From contig CAKKNE010000002.1 in the NCBI GenBank assembly GCA_918797485.1, forward strand, positions 3,286,001-3,350,000: DNA of 64,000 nt, in the 5' to 3' direction. Source of the DNA: Pelagomonas calceolata (lineage: Eukaryota). The position numbers and the translations under genes were made by a program. Below the pieces are notes generated by a model, which was not told where the DNA came from, did not search any database, and saw nothing but the letters and a program-made list of their open reading frames with translations. Shown in pieces: positions 38,538 through 47,804 of the stretch (its first letter is position 1; the number at the start of each line of letters is the position of its first letter).

Positions 38538-40745
38538 TTATTCGGCGAGCGCGACCGCGTCCTCGGGCACATTGGGCGGTGGCTCGTCGGGCGGCGCCAC
38601 GGACTCGTCGTCTGACTCCTCCGCCGCGTGGAGCATCGACGCGAGGCTGCCCGACAGGGCCAGGACGTCGACGTCGTCGCGCTGCGCGCGCGCGGCGGCG
38701 ACGGCGCGGCCCGCCGCGCCCGCGGTCGACACGGCCGCGGGCTCCTCGGGCACGTCGTCGAGCGAGAGGTTCCGGAAGCGCGCCGACGCGCGCCGCGGCT
38801 TCCGCCGCGCGGGCGGCGGCGACGGCGACGTGTCCGCGTCGGCCGCGGCGGCCTCGATGCGCGCGCGCGCGATGCCGTACTGCTCCTCGAGCTCGGCCTT
38901 GAGCTTCGCAGCCTTGGCCTCGGCCTGGGCGCGCCGGGCCGCGCCGCGCGCGGCCGCGCGGCTGATGGCGTCGCGCGGCGACTCGCGGCGCAGGCCCGGC
39001 GAGGGGCGCACGGACCCCGGCGACGCGTCGCGGCTCCGGCGCGGCGGCGAGCCGGACGACGCCGTGACGACGCCGCCGTTCGCCTCGAGCTCGCGCTTCT
39101 GGCGCCGCTGGCGCTCCTCGGAGTCGCGCCGCCGCTTGCGCCCCTCCTCGGCCGCGGCCCGCAGCGCCTCGCGCACGCCGAGCCGCCGCCGCGGCCGCCC
39201 GCGGCGCGGCGCCGCCTCGCGCCGCGGGAGCCGCCGCCAGGACCGCTGGATGAGGGCCACGGCCGCGGATCGCGCCGGCTCGTGGACGACGACGCGGTCC
39301 CGGCGCGGCGGCACGACGTTGAGTGGTGGCCGCCGCCCGCGGCGCCACGTCCGCTGCAGCGTCCGCGCCGCCGCGTCCCCCCGCCCCGATTCGGACCGCC
39401 GCTTGAGCAGGTCCACCTGGGCGCGCATCGCGTCCAATTTATCGGCGAGGATCTGTTGGCGCTGCGTGTCCTTGAGCTCGCGCCGCCGCTTGCGGCGCAG
39501 GGGGCTCGCCTCGCTCCGCTCGGGCGTCTTGACGATGAATTCGATCGGCGACGCCGCCTGTAGCAATTCCGTGCCGTCGAGGGGCCAGAGCCGCGCGGAC
39601 GTCGGCGCCGGCGCCGGCGGCGCCGTGGAAACGACGTCGTCGAGGCACAGGGCCTCGACGGGCCCGGCGAAGAAGATCTTCGGCGGCGCGGGCGCCTCCG
39701 GGATGTCCGACGACGGCGGCGGCCCGCGCGGCGGCGGCGGCTGGTCGGGCGCGGCCGCCGGGCCCGGCACGGGCGATGGCGGCGGCGGGGTGGAAGGCGG
39801 CGGCGGATCCAATCCCGTGGAGGTGCTCTCGAGCAGCAGCTGCGCGTGGTGCCTTACAAACGAGTCCCTTAACAGTCGCCGCGCCTTCGGTCTATGAGTG
39901 GCGCGCTTGCAGAGCATCTTGGCCAACAGATCACTTAAACCCGGCGAGCACCGCTTCGGGGGCGGCGGGTCTCGCCCCAAGACCAACCGCGCAAGTTTTC
40001 CTAACGAAGTAGCATGGAAGGGCAATTTCAACGTAGCCAGCTCGTATAGAACAACGCCTAGAGACCACATGTCCGACGCTGACGAATAGGCCTCGTCGTT
40101 AAATATTTCGGGCGACAAGTAGTAGGGCGTGCCCGTCTGTGTCCGAGCCATGCTCGTCGTGTGCTGTAGACACTTCGCTACTCCAAAATCCCCCCACTTG
40201 GCCAGACCCGTACTCGTCAAAAAGACGTTCTGAGGTTTAATATCCCTGTGGAGAATCTTCTGGGCGTGCACGTACTTCAGCGCCAGTAACAGTTGCACGA
40301 AGATGCGCATGACGTAATTTTCGTCGAAGACCTTGCCCGTGCTGCGCTGCCGTTTTATCACTTGGTCCAGGTCCCCGCCATCGCAAAACTCCATCACGAT
40401 ATGGAGAGCAGCTCCATCTTCCAGCGACGTCTCGACAAACGACTCGAAGAACGCCACGACGTTCGGGTGGTCCAACCTTCTCAATATCAAGGCTTCCCTC
40501 CGAGCTTCGTCGGCCTGGTGCTGGTTCAACGCCGTCACTTGTTTCACAACGACCAAATCGTCCTCCTCTTCTCTTACTCTTCGGTCTCTACACAACAGTG
40601 CTTTCCCGTAGGCGCCCTTGCCCAGTAGTTTCAACACCTCGAAGTCGCGCATGGAGCTGCCCTCGTTTTGGATGGTTTCATTTGTAGTAGTGGGCGAGGC
40701 GCTCGGTTTTAATGAAGGGATGCGGCGCGGGCCCGTGTCCTCCAT
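38538..40745 (-). CDS. NIMA-related (NEK) Ser/Thr kinase
   Basis: LGKGAYG, MEFCDGGDL, HRDIKPQN, GDFG, GTPYYLSPE; IQ-like motifs in the tail. Confidence 0.92.
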   Translation of the reverse strand: MEDTGPRRIPSLKPSASPTTTNETIQNEGSSMRDFEVLKLLGKGAYGKALLCRDRRVREEEDDLVVVKQVTALNQHQADEARREALILRRLDHPNVVAFFESFVETSLEDGAALHIVMEFCDGGDLDQVIKRQRSTGKVFDENYVMRIFVQLLLALKYVHAQKILHRDIKPQNVFLTSTGLAKWGDFGVAKCLQHTTSMARTQTGTPYYLSPEIFNDEAYSSASDMWSLGVVLYELATLKLPFHATSLGKLARLVLGRDPPPPKRCSPGLSDLLAKMLCKRATHRPKARRLLRDSFVRHHAQLLLESTSTGLDPPPPSTPPPPSPVPGPAAAPDQPPPPRGPPPSSDIPEAPAPPKIFFAGPVEALCLDDVVSTAPPAPAPTSARLWPLDGTELLQAASPIEFIVKTPERSEASPLRRKRRRELKDTQRQQILADKLDAMRAQVDLLKRRSESGRGDAAARTLQRTWRRGRRPPLNVVPPRRDRVVVHEPARSAAVALIQRSWRRLPRREAAPRRGRPRRRLGVREALRAAAEEGRKRRRDSEERQRRQKRELEANGGVVTASSGSPPRRSRDASPGSVRPSPGLRRESPRDAISRAAARGAARRAQAEAKAAKLKAELEEQYGIARARIEAAAADADTSPSPPPARRKPRRASARFRNLSLDDVPEEPAAVSTAGAAGRAVAAARAQRDDVDVLALSGSLASMLHAAEESDDESVAPPDEPPPNVPEDAVALAE

Positions 40746-41004
40746 CGTCGTCGTGTGGTGAACGGTGCGACGGGGCAGCCCTTGGCCTCGCGGCCGACGC
40801 GCGCCCCACGGACCGACGTACCGTCGGGCAGCACTCTCGACGCGCGGCTGGCCCAGGACGAGCTTTTGTGCGGCCGAGGCCGGCGCTTCGCACGCCGCTC
40901 CAACGAAGCCACCGGTTACCCCGCACCATGGCCGTGCGTGTGTCGGGACTACGGATCGCGACGAGGCCTCCGCGGGCCCACGAGGCCTCCGCGGTTTTTC
41001 AGAG

Positions 41005-41026
41005 CTAGCGGCCTGTGAGACACTAG
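41005..41026. promoter_or_regulatory. Recurrent intergenic motif copy CTAGCGGCCTGTGAGACACTAG
   Basis: Between divergent starts at 40745 and 41173. Confidence 0.65.
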
Positions 41027-41172
41027 CAAGTGCTAAGCGCAGCTTTTGGCTATCTAAGCGCTATACCGGCGCGCACGCACGTAGAAAGAGACCGCTGGAG
41101 CGTTTCATCGCGAGCCCGAACAGACCTCTGCCTCTGGAGGCGACAGCTGTGCTCGCTGGGCTCTAGTTAACA

Positions 41173-42069
41173 ATGATGGTGCTCTATCTCATCTCTCTGG
41201 TTTACGCCGCGGCGGCGGCGGGAGGGAACAGTTCTCCACCGGGCGCCGGGCACGTCACCACGGTCAACCGCGCGGCGCCCAAGGCGCAGCCGGCTCCGGG
41301 GAAGACGCCCCTCGCGCTCCTCGCCTCCGTCGGGGGCGCTCCACAAGCCGGGAAGCGCGCGCCCCTGGCGCGCGCCCGGGCCCAGCACGCCACCGCGATC
41401 AAGCACGCCCAGCTCGTGCACCTCCACAACCGGACGCGCGCCGAGCTCGCGCGGCGGCACCGCGGGGCGAACGCGACGAACGCGACGGCCGCCGCCGCCG
41501 CGCCCCCGACGGCCGGCGTGCGGACCGGGGCGGGCGGCGCGCGCGACGGGACGGGACGCCCGCCCGCCGCCGCCGCGCCGCCGGGCGAGCGACGCGCGCG
41601 ACCCGGCGAGCCGCGGCAAAACGCGCCGGGCGCCGACGCGCCGCGACGCCCGCCCGGCGGCGGCGCCGGCGCGAATGCCCGGCGCCCGCCGGGCCGCGCC
41701 GACGCGGCGGAGCGGCACCGGCACCGCCGGAAGCGGGCGCGCGACGGCCAGGACGACGCGCCGACGCCGCGCGAGAAGGCCATACCGGCCGTCTTCATCG
41801 CGCTCTCCGGGCTGGCGCTGGCGTGCTTCGCCGCGAAGGCGGTCTTCAACGCCCAGAGCGTCGACGACGCCGCGACGCCGACGTCGCCGGCGAAGGCGCG
41901 CCGCGTCGAGCTCCGCGAGAAGCTCCTGCGGGCGCAAGCCGTGCCGCCCGCGGACGCGCCGCCGCCGCCCCACCAGTGGTCCGGCGGCGAGCTCGACGAC
42001 GTCGACGTCGAGGTCGACGCGCCGAGCCCGGTGCGGCTGCCGGAGGCGCCCGCCGCGCCCCGGCCGTGA
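41173..42069 (+). CDS. Hypothetical protein with a signal peptide and one TM helix
   Basis: Hydrophobic N-terminus MMVLYLISLVYAAAA; IPAVFIALSGLALACFAA. Confidence 0.6.
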   Translation: MMVLYLISLVYAAAAAGGNSSPPGAGHVTTVNRAAPKAQPAPGKTPLALLASVGGAPQAGKRAPLARARAQHATAIKHAQLVHLHNRTRAELARRHRGANATNATAAAAAPPTAGVRTGAGGARDGTGRPPAAAAPPGERRARPGEPRQNAPGADAPRRPPGGGAGANARRPPGRADAAERHRHRRKRARDGQDDAPTPREKAIPAVFIALSGLALACFAAKAVFNAQSVDDAATPTSPAKARRVELREKLLRAQAVPPADAPPPPHQWSGGELDDVDVEVDAPSPVRLPEAPAAPRP

Positions 42070-42489
42070 TCTCTCGTAAGGGACTTTGTATGCTAAGAAA
42101 AAGGACACACCGCCCAGGTCTACTAAGTAACTCACTCCCTCTCTTACTTACTACGTAGAACGAGGTTTACTCAGAAGGCGAACACTCCCAGACCCCTCAC
42201 GCGCGGCGCCGGAAGTAGGGGTCGGGGTATGACGCACAATTCATCCCCTCCCCTCCCTTTCCCTGAAACCGCCGAAGCCCCCCTGTGCTCCGAGAGTGCT
42301 CCTTCGCGCCCCGCGCCGGCTACGTGTCGGCGCGTAATTAACTATCTAACCTTACCAGCCTGAGGGTCGACGTACGGGGCCCCCGGTACCTACGGACAGG
42401 AGAACTGTACTACAGAAGCACACGCTGTCGACTCGGGAGTCTCGAACGATAGTATGCATGCTTATTTTTGGGAACGGGTCGCCACTTCT

Positions 42490-43266
42490 TCAGACGAGGA
42501 ACACGGTCCCCTCGCAGACCATGACGCAGTTGTCGGCCTCGAGCTTGCCGAGGAGGTCCCGGACCGCGGCCTCGTCGTTCGACGCCCCGGGCGGCGGCGG
42601 GACCGCGAGCGCCGCGGCGAAGAGCGCCTCGAGGTCGACCTCGTCCGGCGACTCGCGCGGCGCGGCCGCGAGCACGCCGCGCATCCATTTGACGTCGGCG
42701 GGCTCCTCGGCGACGGGCGGCGGCGGCGGCGGCGCGGGCGCGGCCTCCGCGACGGACGCGGGCGCGGCGACGCGCGGCTTCTTGGCCGGCGGCGGCTGGC
42801 TCCGCGCGGCCTTGGCGGCGCGGAGCTGCTTCACCTTCTCGCGCGCGGCGCGCTTGCGGGCCTGGCGCTCGGCCTCCTCTTGCAGCTTGCGCGCCTCCTC
42901 GGCCTCGCGCTCGGCCTTGCGCTTCGCGGCCTCCTCGCGCCGCGCGTCCTGGGCCTCTTCCCGGCTCACCTCGACCTTGGCCGAGATCCACTGCGCATCC
43001 ACCCTTTTCTCGGAGCCGTTCAGCACGTACTTGACGGCGTACGTAAAGCCCGTCGTGCGCTTCACGGAGCCGTCCTTCATGGGCCCCCCGTCCTTCTCCC
43101 TTTCGTCGTGGACCTTGCGGATCGTGGCCGTGCCGCCGGGCTTGTTCATGCCCGGGAACGTGCGCGGCTTGACCTCGACGAGCTCGCCGACGCTGAAGCG
43201 CGGCGTTTCTTCTTCCTCCGGTGCTGCGGCCGGCGGCGCGTTGGCCTCACCCAATGCGGCGGCCAT
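42490..43266 (-). CDS. Hypothetical protein with an SH3/Tudor-like N-terminus and an MCM3-like C-terminal winged helix
   Basis: FSVGELVEVK...YAVKYVLNGSEKRVDAQWI; EAAVRDLLGKLEADNCVMVCEGTVFLV. Confidence 0.65.
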   Translation of the reverse strand: MAAALGEANAPPAAAPEEEETPRFSVGELVEVKPRTFPGMNKPGGTATIRKVHDEREKDGGPMKDGSVKRTTGFTYAVKYVLNGSEKRVDAQWISAKVEVSREEAQDARREEAAKRKAEREAEEARKLQEEAERQARKRAAREKVKQLRAAKAARSQPPPAKKPRVAAPASVAEAAPAPPPPPPVAEEPADVKWMRGVLAAAPRESPDEVDLEALFAAALAVPPPPGASNDEAAVRDLLGKLEADNCVMVCEGTVFLV

Positions 43267-43441
43267 GGTTATGCGCTGCGGGGCAAATGCCCGGCTTCTA
43301 GCCAAAGGGACCGCGCGCGCTGCCTAAAACGCAGCCGGTGAACGATGGTGGCAGCGAGAGGCCCGAAACACACGCGATCTGCGCGCTGTGTGCCTCCACC
43401 TGAGCCGTACAATTCAAAGTTTTGCAAAAAGCGGCGGCAAG

Positions 43442-43460
43442 CTAGTGTGTCAAACGCTAG
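43442..43460. promoter_or_regulatory. Recurrent intergenic motif variant CTAGTGTGTCAAACGCTAG
   Basis: Between divergent starts at 43266 and 43768. Confidence 0.55.
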
Positions 43461-43767
43461 CTCATTTTTCGAGCTTTATCCGCAGAGGGTACGTACGCCC
43501 TCACTCGCACGGCTTGCCATTCGGAGCGGTAAGATAAGTGCTTCCTATTCGTGCGGGGCGACTGTGTGTGACCGGCAAGCGCTGCCCAAAGCGCTGCATT
43601 CAGCAGGCGCTGCACGCTCGGCCGCGTGCGCGCGACTCCTCTCTTAGTTTGCTAAAAAAGTAGCAAGTTGCACCACACGGTTTCGCAGCCAGAGGGCAGC
43701 CAGAGGGGGCAGCAGGGTAGCACCAAGAGAGGGCAGCAGCCCGAGCGGTCGAAGGTAGCGGCGCACG

Positions 43768-44214
43768 ATGCCGCGCGACGAGACCAAGGACGAGGACGAC
43801 TCCAGCGACGGCGACGGGCCCGAATTCGTCGACATGATCGCGGCCTGCAAGGACTACTTCGGCGAGCCCGACGCGCTGCCGCTCCTCGAGCGGTTCGTGG
43901 AAGAGCATTCCTCAAAATTCGCGCACCGCCAGTCGCTCGACGCGAGCGAGGAGGAGCAGGACCTGGTCCACACGGAGCTGCACCGCGAGTATCTGGTGCG
44001 GTGGGAGGCGGCCATCGAAGCGTTCCTTTCAGAAAAGGCGTTCTCGCTGCAGGAGTTCCAGGCGCAGCTGCGCGACGCGGTCGAAGACAGGTACTGCGCG
44101 CTCTTCGAGGAGCACGAGCACCACGGCTGGGTGGACTCGTGCTTCGCGGCCGTGTCCTACGAGCACTTCTACCGGCGCATGGTGGCCGCGGCGCGGCGCG
44201 GGAGGCATAAGTAG
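43768..44214 (+). CDS. BART (ARL2-binding/CFAP36-like) domain protein
   Basis: FVEEHSSKF..EEQDLVHTELHREY..IEAFL..SYEHFYRRM. Confidence 0.75.
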   Translation: MPRDETKDEDDSSDGDGPEFVDMIAACKDYFGEPDALPLLERFVEEHSSKFAHRQSLDASEEEQDLVHTELHREYLVRWEAAIEAFLSEKAFSLQEFQAQLRDAVEDRYCALFEEHEHHGWVDSCFAAVSYEHFYRRMVAAARRGRHK

Positions 44215-44219
44215 TTAAA

Positions 44220-45647
44220 TTACTCGGGTGGTCGGTACTTGATGGTCTTCAAGAAGTCGTCGTCGTCGTCCTCCTCCGGCGCTTCCTCGGCCTTGCGCGC
44301 GGCCCAGTAGTCCGCGTCCGATTTTCCAGCCTTCCGGTTCGCGAGGAACTTCTCGAACTCGGACTGCGCGTCCTCGGATGGCGGCGGCGGCGCGGTGGGC
44401 GCGGGCGCGGCTTCGGGGCTCGCCGCGAAGGACGCCTCGAGGCGCGAGCGGCCCTCGTCGGGCGTGCTTGCCCGCGTCGCCTCTTGGGCCATTTTCCGCC
44501 GGCGTTCGTCCTCCTCGCGGAGCAGGTCCTCGGCTGCGAGGCGGGCGCGCAGGCGTGGCGGCAATTTGTCGCGCTCCTCCGGCGGCGGCGCGTCGACGAC
44601 CGGCGCCGGCCCGTCGCGGTCGGCGCGCGCCGAGGCCTCCGCGGCTTTGCGCGCCTCCGCTTCGGCTTTTTGTTCGGCCTCGGCCTCGGCGCGCGCGGCC
44701 TCGGCCGCCTCGGTCTCCACGCGCGCCGCCGCGGCGGCGGCCTCGGCCGCGGCGCGCGCCGCGCTCGCTTTCTCCTCGGCCGCCGCGATCGCCGCGTCGC
44801 GCGCCGCCGCCGCTTCGGCCTCAGCCTTCGATTCGGCCTCGCGGCGCGCCTCGGCCTCCGCGAGCTTCCACGCCGTGAGCTTGTCGACCTCCCAGAAGTT
44901 CGGCTTCGGGCCGACGTCGACCTCGATCGCATTCTTGCTTTTCGCGAAGGGGTTCCAGGCCGAAGACGACTGACCGTCCCGCAACGACGCGAGCTCGGCC
45001 TCGGCCTTCTCCGCCGCCGCTTGCGCCGCGGCGGCCGCCGCGGCCAGCGGCGCCGGCGCCGCGGCGGGCGCCGGGGGCGCCGGGTTCCAGTCCCGGAGCG
45101 TCTCCAGCGGGTTGGCCAGCTCCGGCGCCGTGAGCCCGTCGAGCGGGTTCTTCGGCGCCGCCACGTTGTCGTCGAGGCCGAAGATGCCGACCGCGCCGCG
45201 CGCCTTCTCGAGCGTCTTGTACGCGCCGCCCATGGGCCCCTCCTTCGCGTCGCCCGAGACCTTCTCGGCGCCGACGGCGTAGGCGCCGCGGCGCGCCGCC
45301 TCGAGCGCGTCCGCGAGCTTTCGCGTGTCCGTCGCGTCGCGCGCGATGGTTATCGCGGCGAAGGGGCAGATCACCCCGAGGCAGCCCGAAAGACGCGTCA
45401 CGTCCTGATCATTCATCTCGCCGTAGATCGCGCACCCGTCCACTTTCACGCACTTCTGCGACCGCGTGAAGCCGCCGACCGTCGCCGTCTCGAGCTCCGC
45501 GGTGCCCAGGAACAGCTCGACGACGGCCTCATTCTTATTTCCTTTCTTGTCCTGGATCCGGATGCCGCGGCCCTTCGTCTTGCCGAAGCTCTTCAGCGGG
45601 GCGAGGGCGGCGGCCAGGCTCCCTACGAGGGCGAGGCGCCGCCACAT
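44220..45647 (-). CDS. Hypothetical protein with a signal peptide and Ala/Glu-rich coiled coil
   Basis: MWRRLALVGSLAAAL N-terminus; long ORF. Confidence 0.65.
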   Translation of the reverse strand: MWRRLALVGSLAAALAPLKSFGKTKGRGIRIQDKKGNKNEAVVELFLGTAELETATVGGFTRSQKCVKVDGCAIYGEMNDQDVTRLSGCLGVICPFAAITIARDATDTRKLADALEAARRGAYAVGAEKVSGDAKEGPMGGAYKTLEKARGAVGIFGLDDNVAAPKNPLDGLTAPELANPLETLRDWNPAPPAPAAAPAPLAAAAAAAQAAAEKAEAELASLRDGQSSSAWNPFAKSKNAIEVDVGPKPNFWEVDKLTAWKLAEAEARREAESKAEAEAAAARDAAIAAAEEKASAARAAAEAAAAAARVETEAAEAARAEAEAEQKAEAEARKAAEASARADRDGPAPVVDAPPPEERDKLPPRLRARLAAEDLLREEDERRRKMAQEATRASTPDEGRSRLEASFAASPEAAPAPTAPPPPSEDAQSEFEKFLANRKAGKSDADYWAARKAEEAPEEDDDDDFLKTIKYRPPE

Positions 45648-45812
45648 GCTTGTCGTGCTCTCCCAGGTGATGCTCTCGGGGGTTTTGCTCGAGTGAGCTT
45701 GTTTGCGCAGCGTGGCAGCGACGGCCGTCGAATACGTGTCGAGTCCGACTCTGCGAGCACACGGATCTAAATCAGCCACGGATCTAAATCAGTGCCAGCA
45801 CACGCGCTCCAG

Positions 45813-45834
45813 CTAGCGGGCTGTAAGACACTAG
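45813..45834. promoter_or_regulatory. Recurrent intergenic motif copy CTAGCGGGCTGTAAGACACTAG
   Basis: ~165 bp upstream of the 45647 start (tandem gene context). Confidence 0.65.
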
Positions 45835-45907
45835 CAAGCGAAAAATCCCCGGCCAACTAGCCCTGGCACCGTAACAACCCCGAGGTTGGAACACACACAA
45901 ACAAATT

Positions 45908-46498
45908 CTACTCGGCAAACCCCAAATAAGTCGCGTCGTCGTCGCCCACGACGCCGCGCCGCGTCCAGTAGAGCACGGCCTGGCTCCGTATGCCCTTCAC
46001 CAGAGGCGTCGTCTGGTGGAGGTGGCGGCCCCGATGCACGAGCGCGAAGCCGGCTCGTTGTTCCGCCCGTAACCGTTGACCAGAACCGTCACCGTCCCAG
46101 GCGCCAAAGAACTCGACGCGCGATCCAACAACATTCTCACTGCGCAAACACACGTTGATCGTCACAAAACTGGGGTCGCGGTGCTGGTTGAACGTCGTGT
46201 CCGTCTGCCGACTGTCGTAGTGCAGCGAGAACGCGTCGTAGAGTTCCAATTGTGAAGGGTCGCAGAACGGCGCTACTGCCTCACTGCATCGCTTCAGCAC
46301 CTCGCCGGCGGGAAAGTCGAGCTCCAACAGATCGTTGGCGTGCGGTTGCCCCTCGTCGTCCTGCGCCGCTAGTAAAGGAGAGACATTTTCTGCTGCTGCC
46401 GCCCAGGGCGCCCAGTCCATCTCCCTCAGGTCGACGCGCCGCACGCCGATGGCTTCCAGCGCGGCGTCGTCCGCGTCGGCCAGGCAGAGTGCAGCCAT
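45908..46498 (-). CDS. 2OG-Fe(II) oxygenase (prolyl/lysyl hydroxylase-like)
   Basis: HRD.S.VTINVCL, HRGRHLH, G.R motif. Confidence 0.8.
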   Translation of the reverse strand: MAALCLADADDAALEAIGVRRVDLREMDWAPWAAAAENVSPLLAAQDDEGQPHANDLLELDFPAGEVLKRCSEAVAPFCDPSQLELYDAFSLHYDSRQTDTTFNQHRDPSFVTINVCLRSENVVGSRVEFFGAWDGDGSGQRLRAEQRAGFALVHRGRHLHQTTPLVKGIRSQAVLYWTRRGVVGDDDATYLGFAE

Positions 46499-46795
46499 CG
46501 GAGTGCAAGCTTAGCACAGTGCAGCGTGCGCGGCTTTCGTTTTGCAAAAGCAATCGCCGCAACAGGCGTCGTCCGTGATCACGCGCACGCCTCGGCTCTG
46601 TCCCGTACTCGTGTGCTGCGCACTGCACAGCTCTGGGGCATCTCCAAAAAGCTTGGGGACAGCTCCAGCATCGCTGGTGCCAAACGCAGCGTAGAACGGC
46701 AGCCGTTTCGCGCATTTGCGGGAGGCAAAACGCATCGAACGTGACCGGCGAAGCGTCACCGGCAGCTTTCGCGCAGCGGTGAGCCCAGGCAGCAA

Positions 46796-47530
46796 ATGGA
46801 GCCGCCCGACGCATCATCCGCGAATGCGAGGAACGCGGCCGTGGCCGCCGCGCTGCGCGGCGGCCTGCCGCCGGCGCCGCCCGCGGCGCCGGCCGCGGAA
46901 CCTAGCGATGAACCGCAAAGCGGGCCCACGGACGTCGAGCGCATCGCGGCGCAATTAGGCTATGATCTCTGCTCCGACGAGGACGACAGCGATGACGAGG
47001 GCTGCCCGCGGGCGCCCGCCGACGCGCAGTTGGAAGCGTGGGCGCGCGAGGAGGCCCAGCTCGACGGGCCCGCGACGACGGCGAGCGAAATCCTCGAGGC
47101 CCCGCCGCCGCCGTTGCTGGCGGAGCTGGCCGTCTCTCCAACAACGCCGCTGACGCGCGTCGGCCACGTCGAGGGCTTCGCGGAGGAGGGCCGCGCCGTT
47201 TTAATCAGAGGTCTGTCGGAGCAGCGGGCCGTCGTCGAGGGCACGGCGCTGTTTTTAGAAGATCGGCGGCCGCTGGGCTGCGTCTCGGAATTGTTCGGGC
47301 CCGTGGCCGAGCCCTTTTACCTGCTGCGTTTGCGGGAGGGCGACGCGCCGCGCGTCCAGGCCTACGCGTCCATGGGCGCCGTCGCCTTCGCTCCGTCGGA
47401 CCGCATTCAACTCGTCGCGCCGGAGGCGCTCGACACGCGCGGCCGCGACGGCGGCGGCGAGTCCGACGCGGACCAGGAGTTCTCGGACGACGAGGCGCAG
47501 GCGGCGGCGCTGGCTAAGGTGGTGATCTAG
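46796..47530 (+). CDS. NAF1: H/ACA snoRNP assembly factor NAF1 (Gar1/Naf1 domain)
   Basis: EGTALFLEDRRPLGCVSELFGPVAEPFY; EFSDDE. Confidence 0.85.
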   Translation: MEPPDASSANARNAAVAAALRGGLPPAPPAAPAAEPSDEPQSGPTDVERIAAQLGYDLCSDEDDSDDEGCPRAPADAQLEAWAREEAQLDGPATTASEILEAPPPPLLAELAVSPTTPLTRVGHVEGFAEEGRAVLIRGLSEQRAVVEGTALFLEDRRPLGCVSELFGPVAEPFYLLRLREGDAPRVQAYASMGAVAFAPSDRIQLVAPEALDTRGRDGGGESDADQEFSDDEAQAAALAKVVI

Positions 47531-47616
47531 TGCGTGTTGCCGTTCGGGACCCCACGCCGCCGACGCGACGTCGTCGTGCCGGGGTTTGGGCTCGTTTGGG
47601 TGCGTATAACGCGGGG

Positions 47617-47640
47617 CTAGTGTGTTACATGCCACGCTAG
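47617..47640. promoter_or_regulatory. Recurrent intergenic motif variant CTAGTGTGTTACATGCCACGCTAG
   Basis: ~165 bp upstream of the 47805 start. Confidence 0.55.
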
Positions 47641-47804
47641 CTGTGGATTGAACTTCCGCAAAAACGTGCAAAAAGCAAACCTTAGGGAGGGAGTTGTGCA
47701 AGGCCCGCTCACTGGACGTATTCTTGGCAGCTGCGCGTCGTGCATTTATATAACCGCTGGGCTATTGAGCAAGGAGCAAGCAGCGAGGCTGGACTAAAAA
47801 GACG

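Noticed and set aside
42346..42358. CTAACCTTACC as a telomerase template or U1 snRNA 5' end
   Set aside because: It mismatches both CTAACCCT and ATACTTACCTG, and no other diagnostic elements are present.
45908..46498. 2OG-Fe(II) oxygenase as the thymine hydroxylase partner of the PHD/hypermodification protein
   Set aside because: Its motifs look like prolyl/lysyl hydroxylase type rather than TET/JBP, four unrelated genes intervene, and proximity is weak evidence in eukaryotes.
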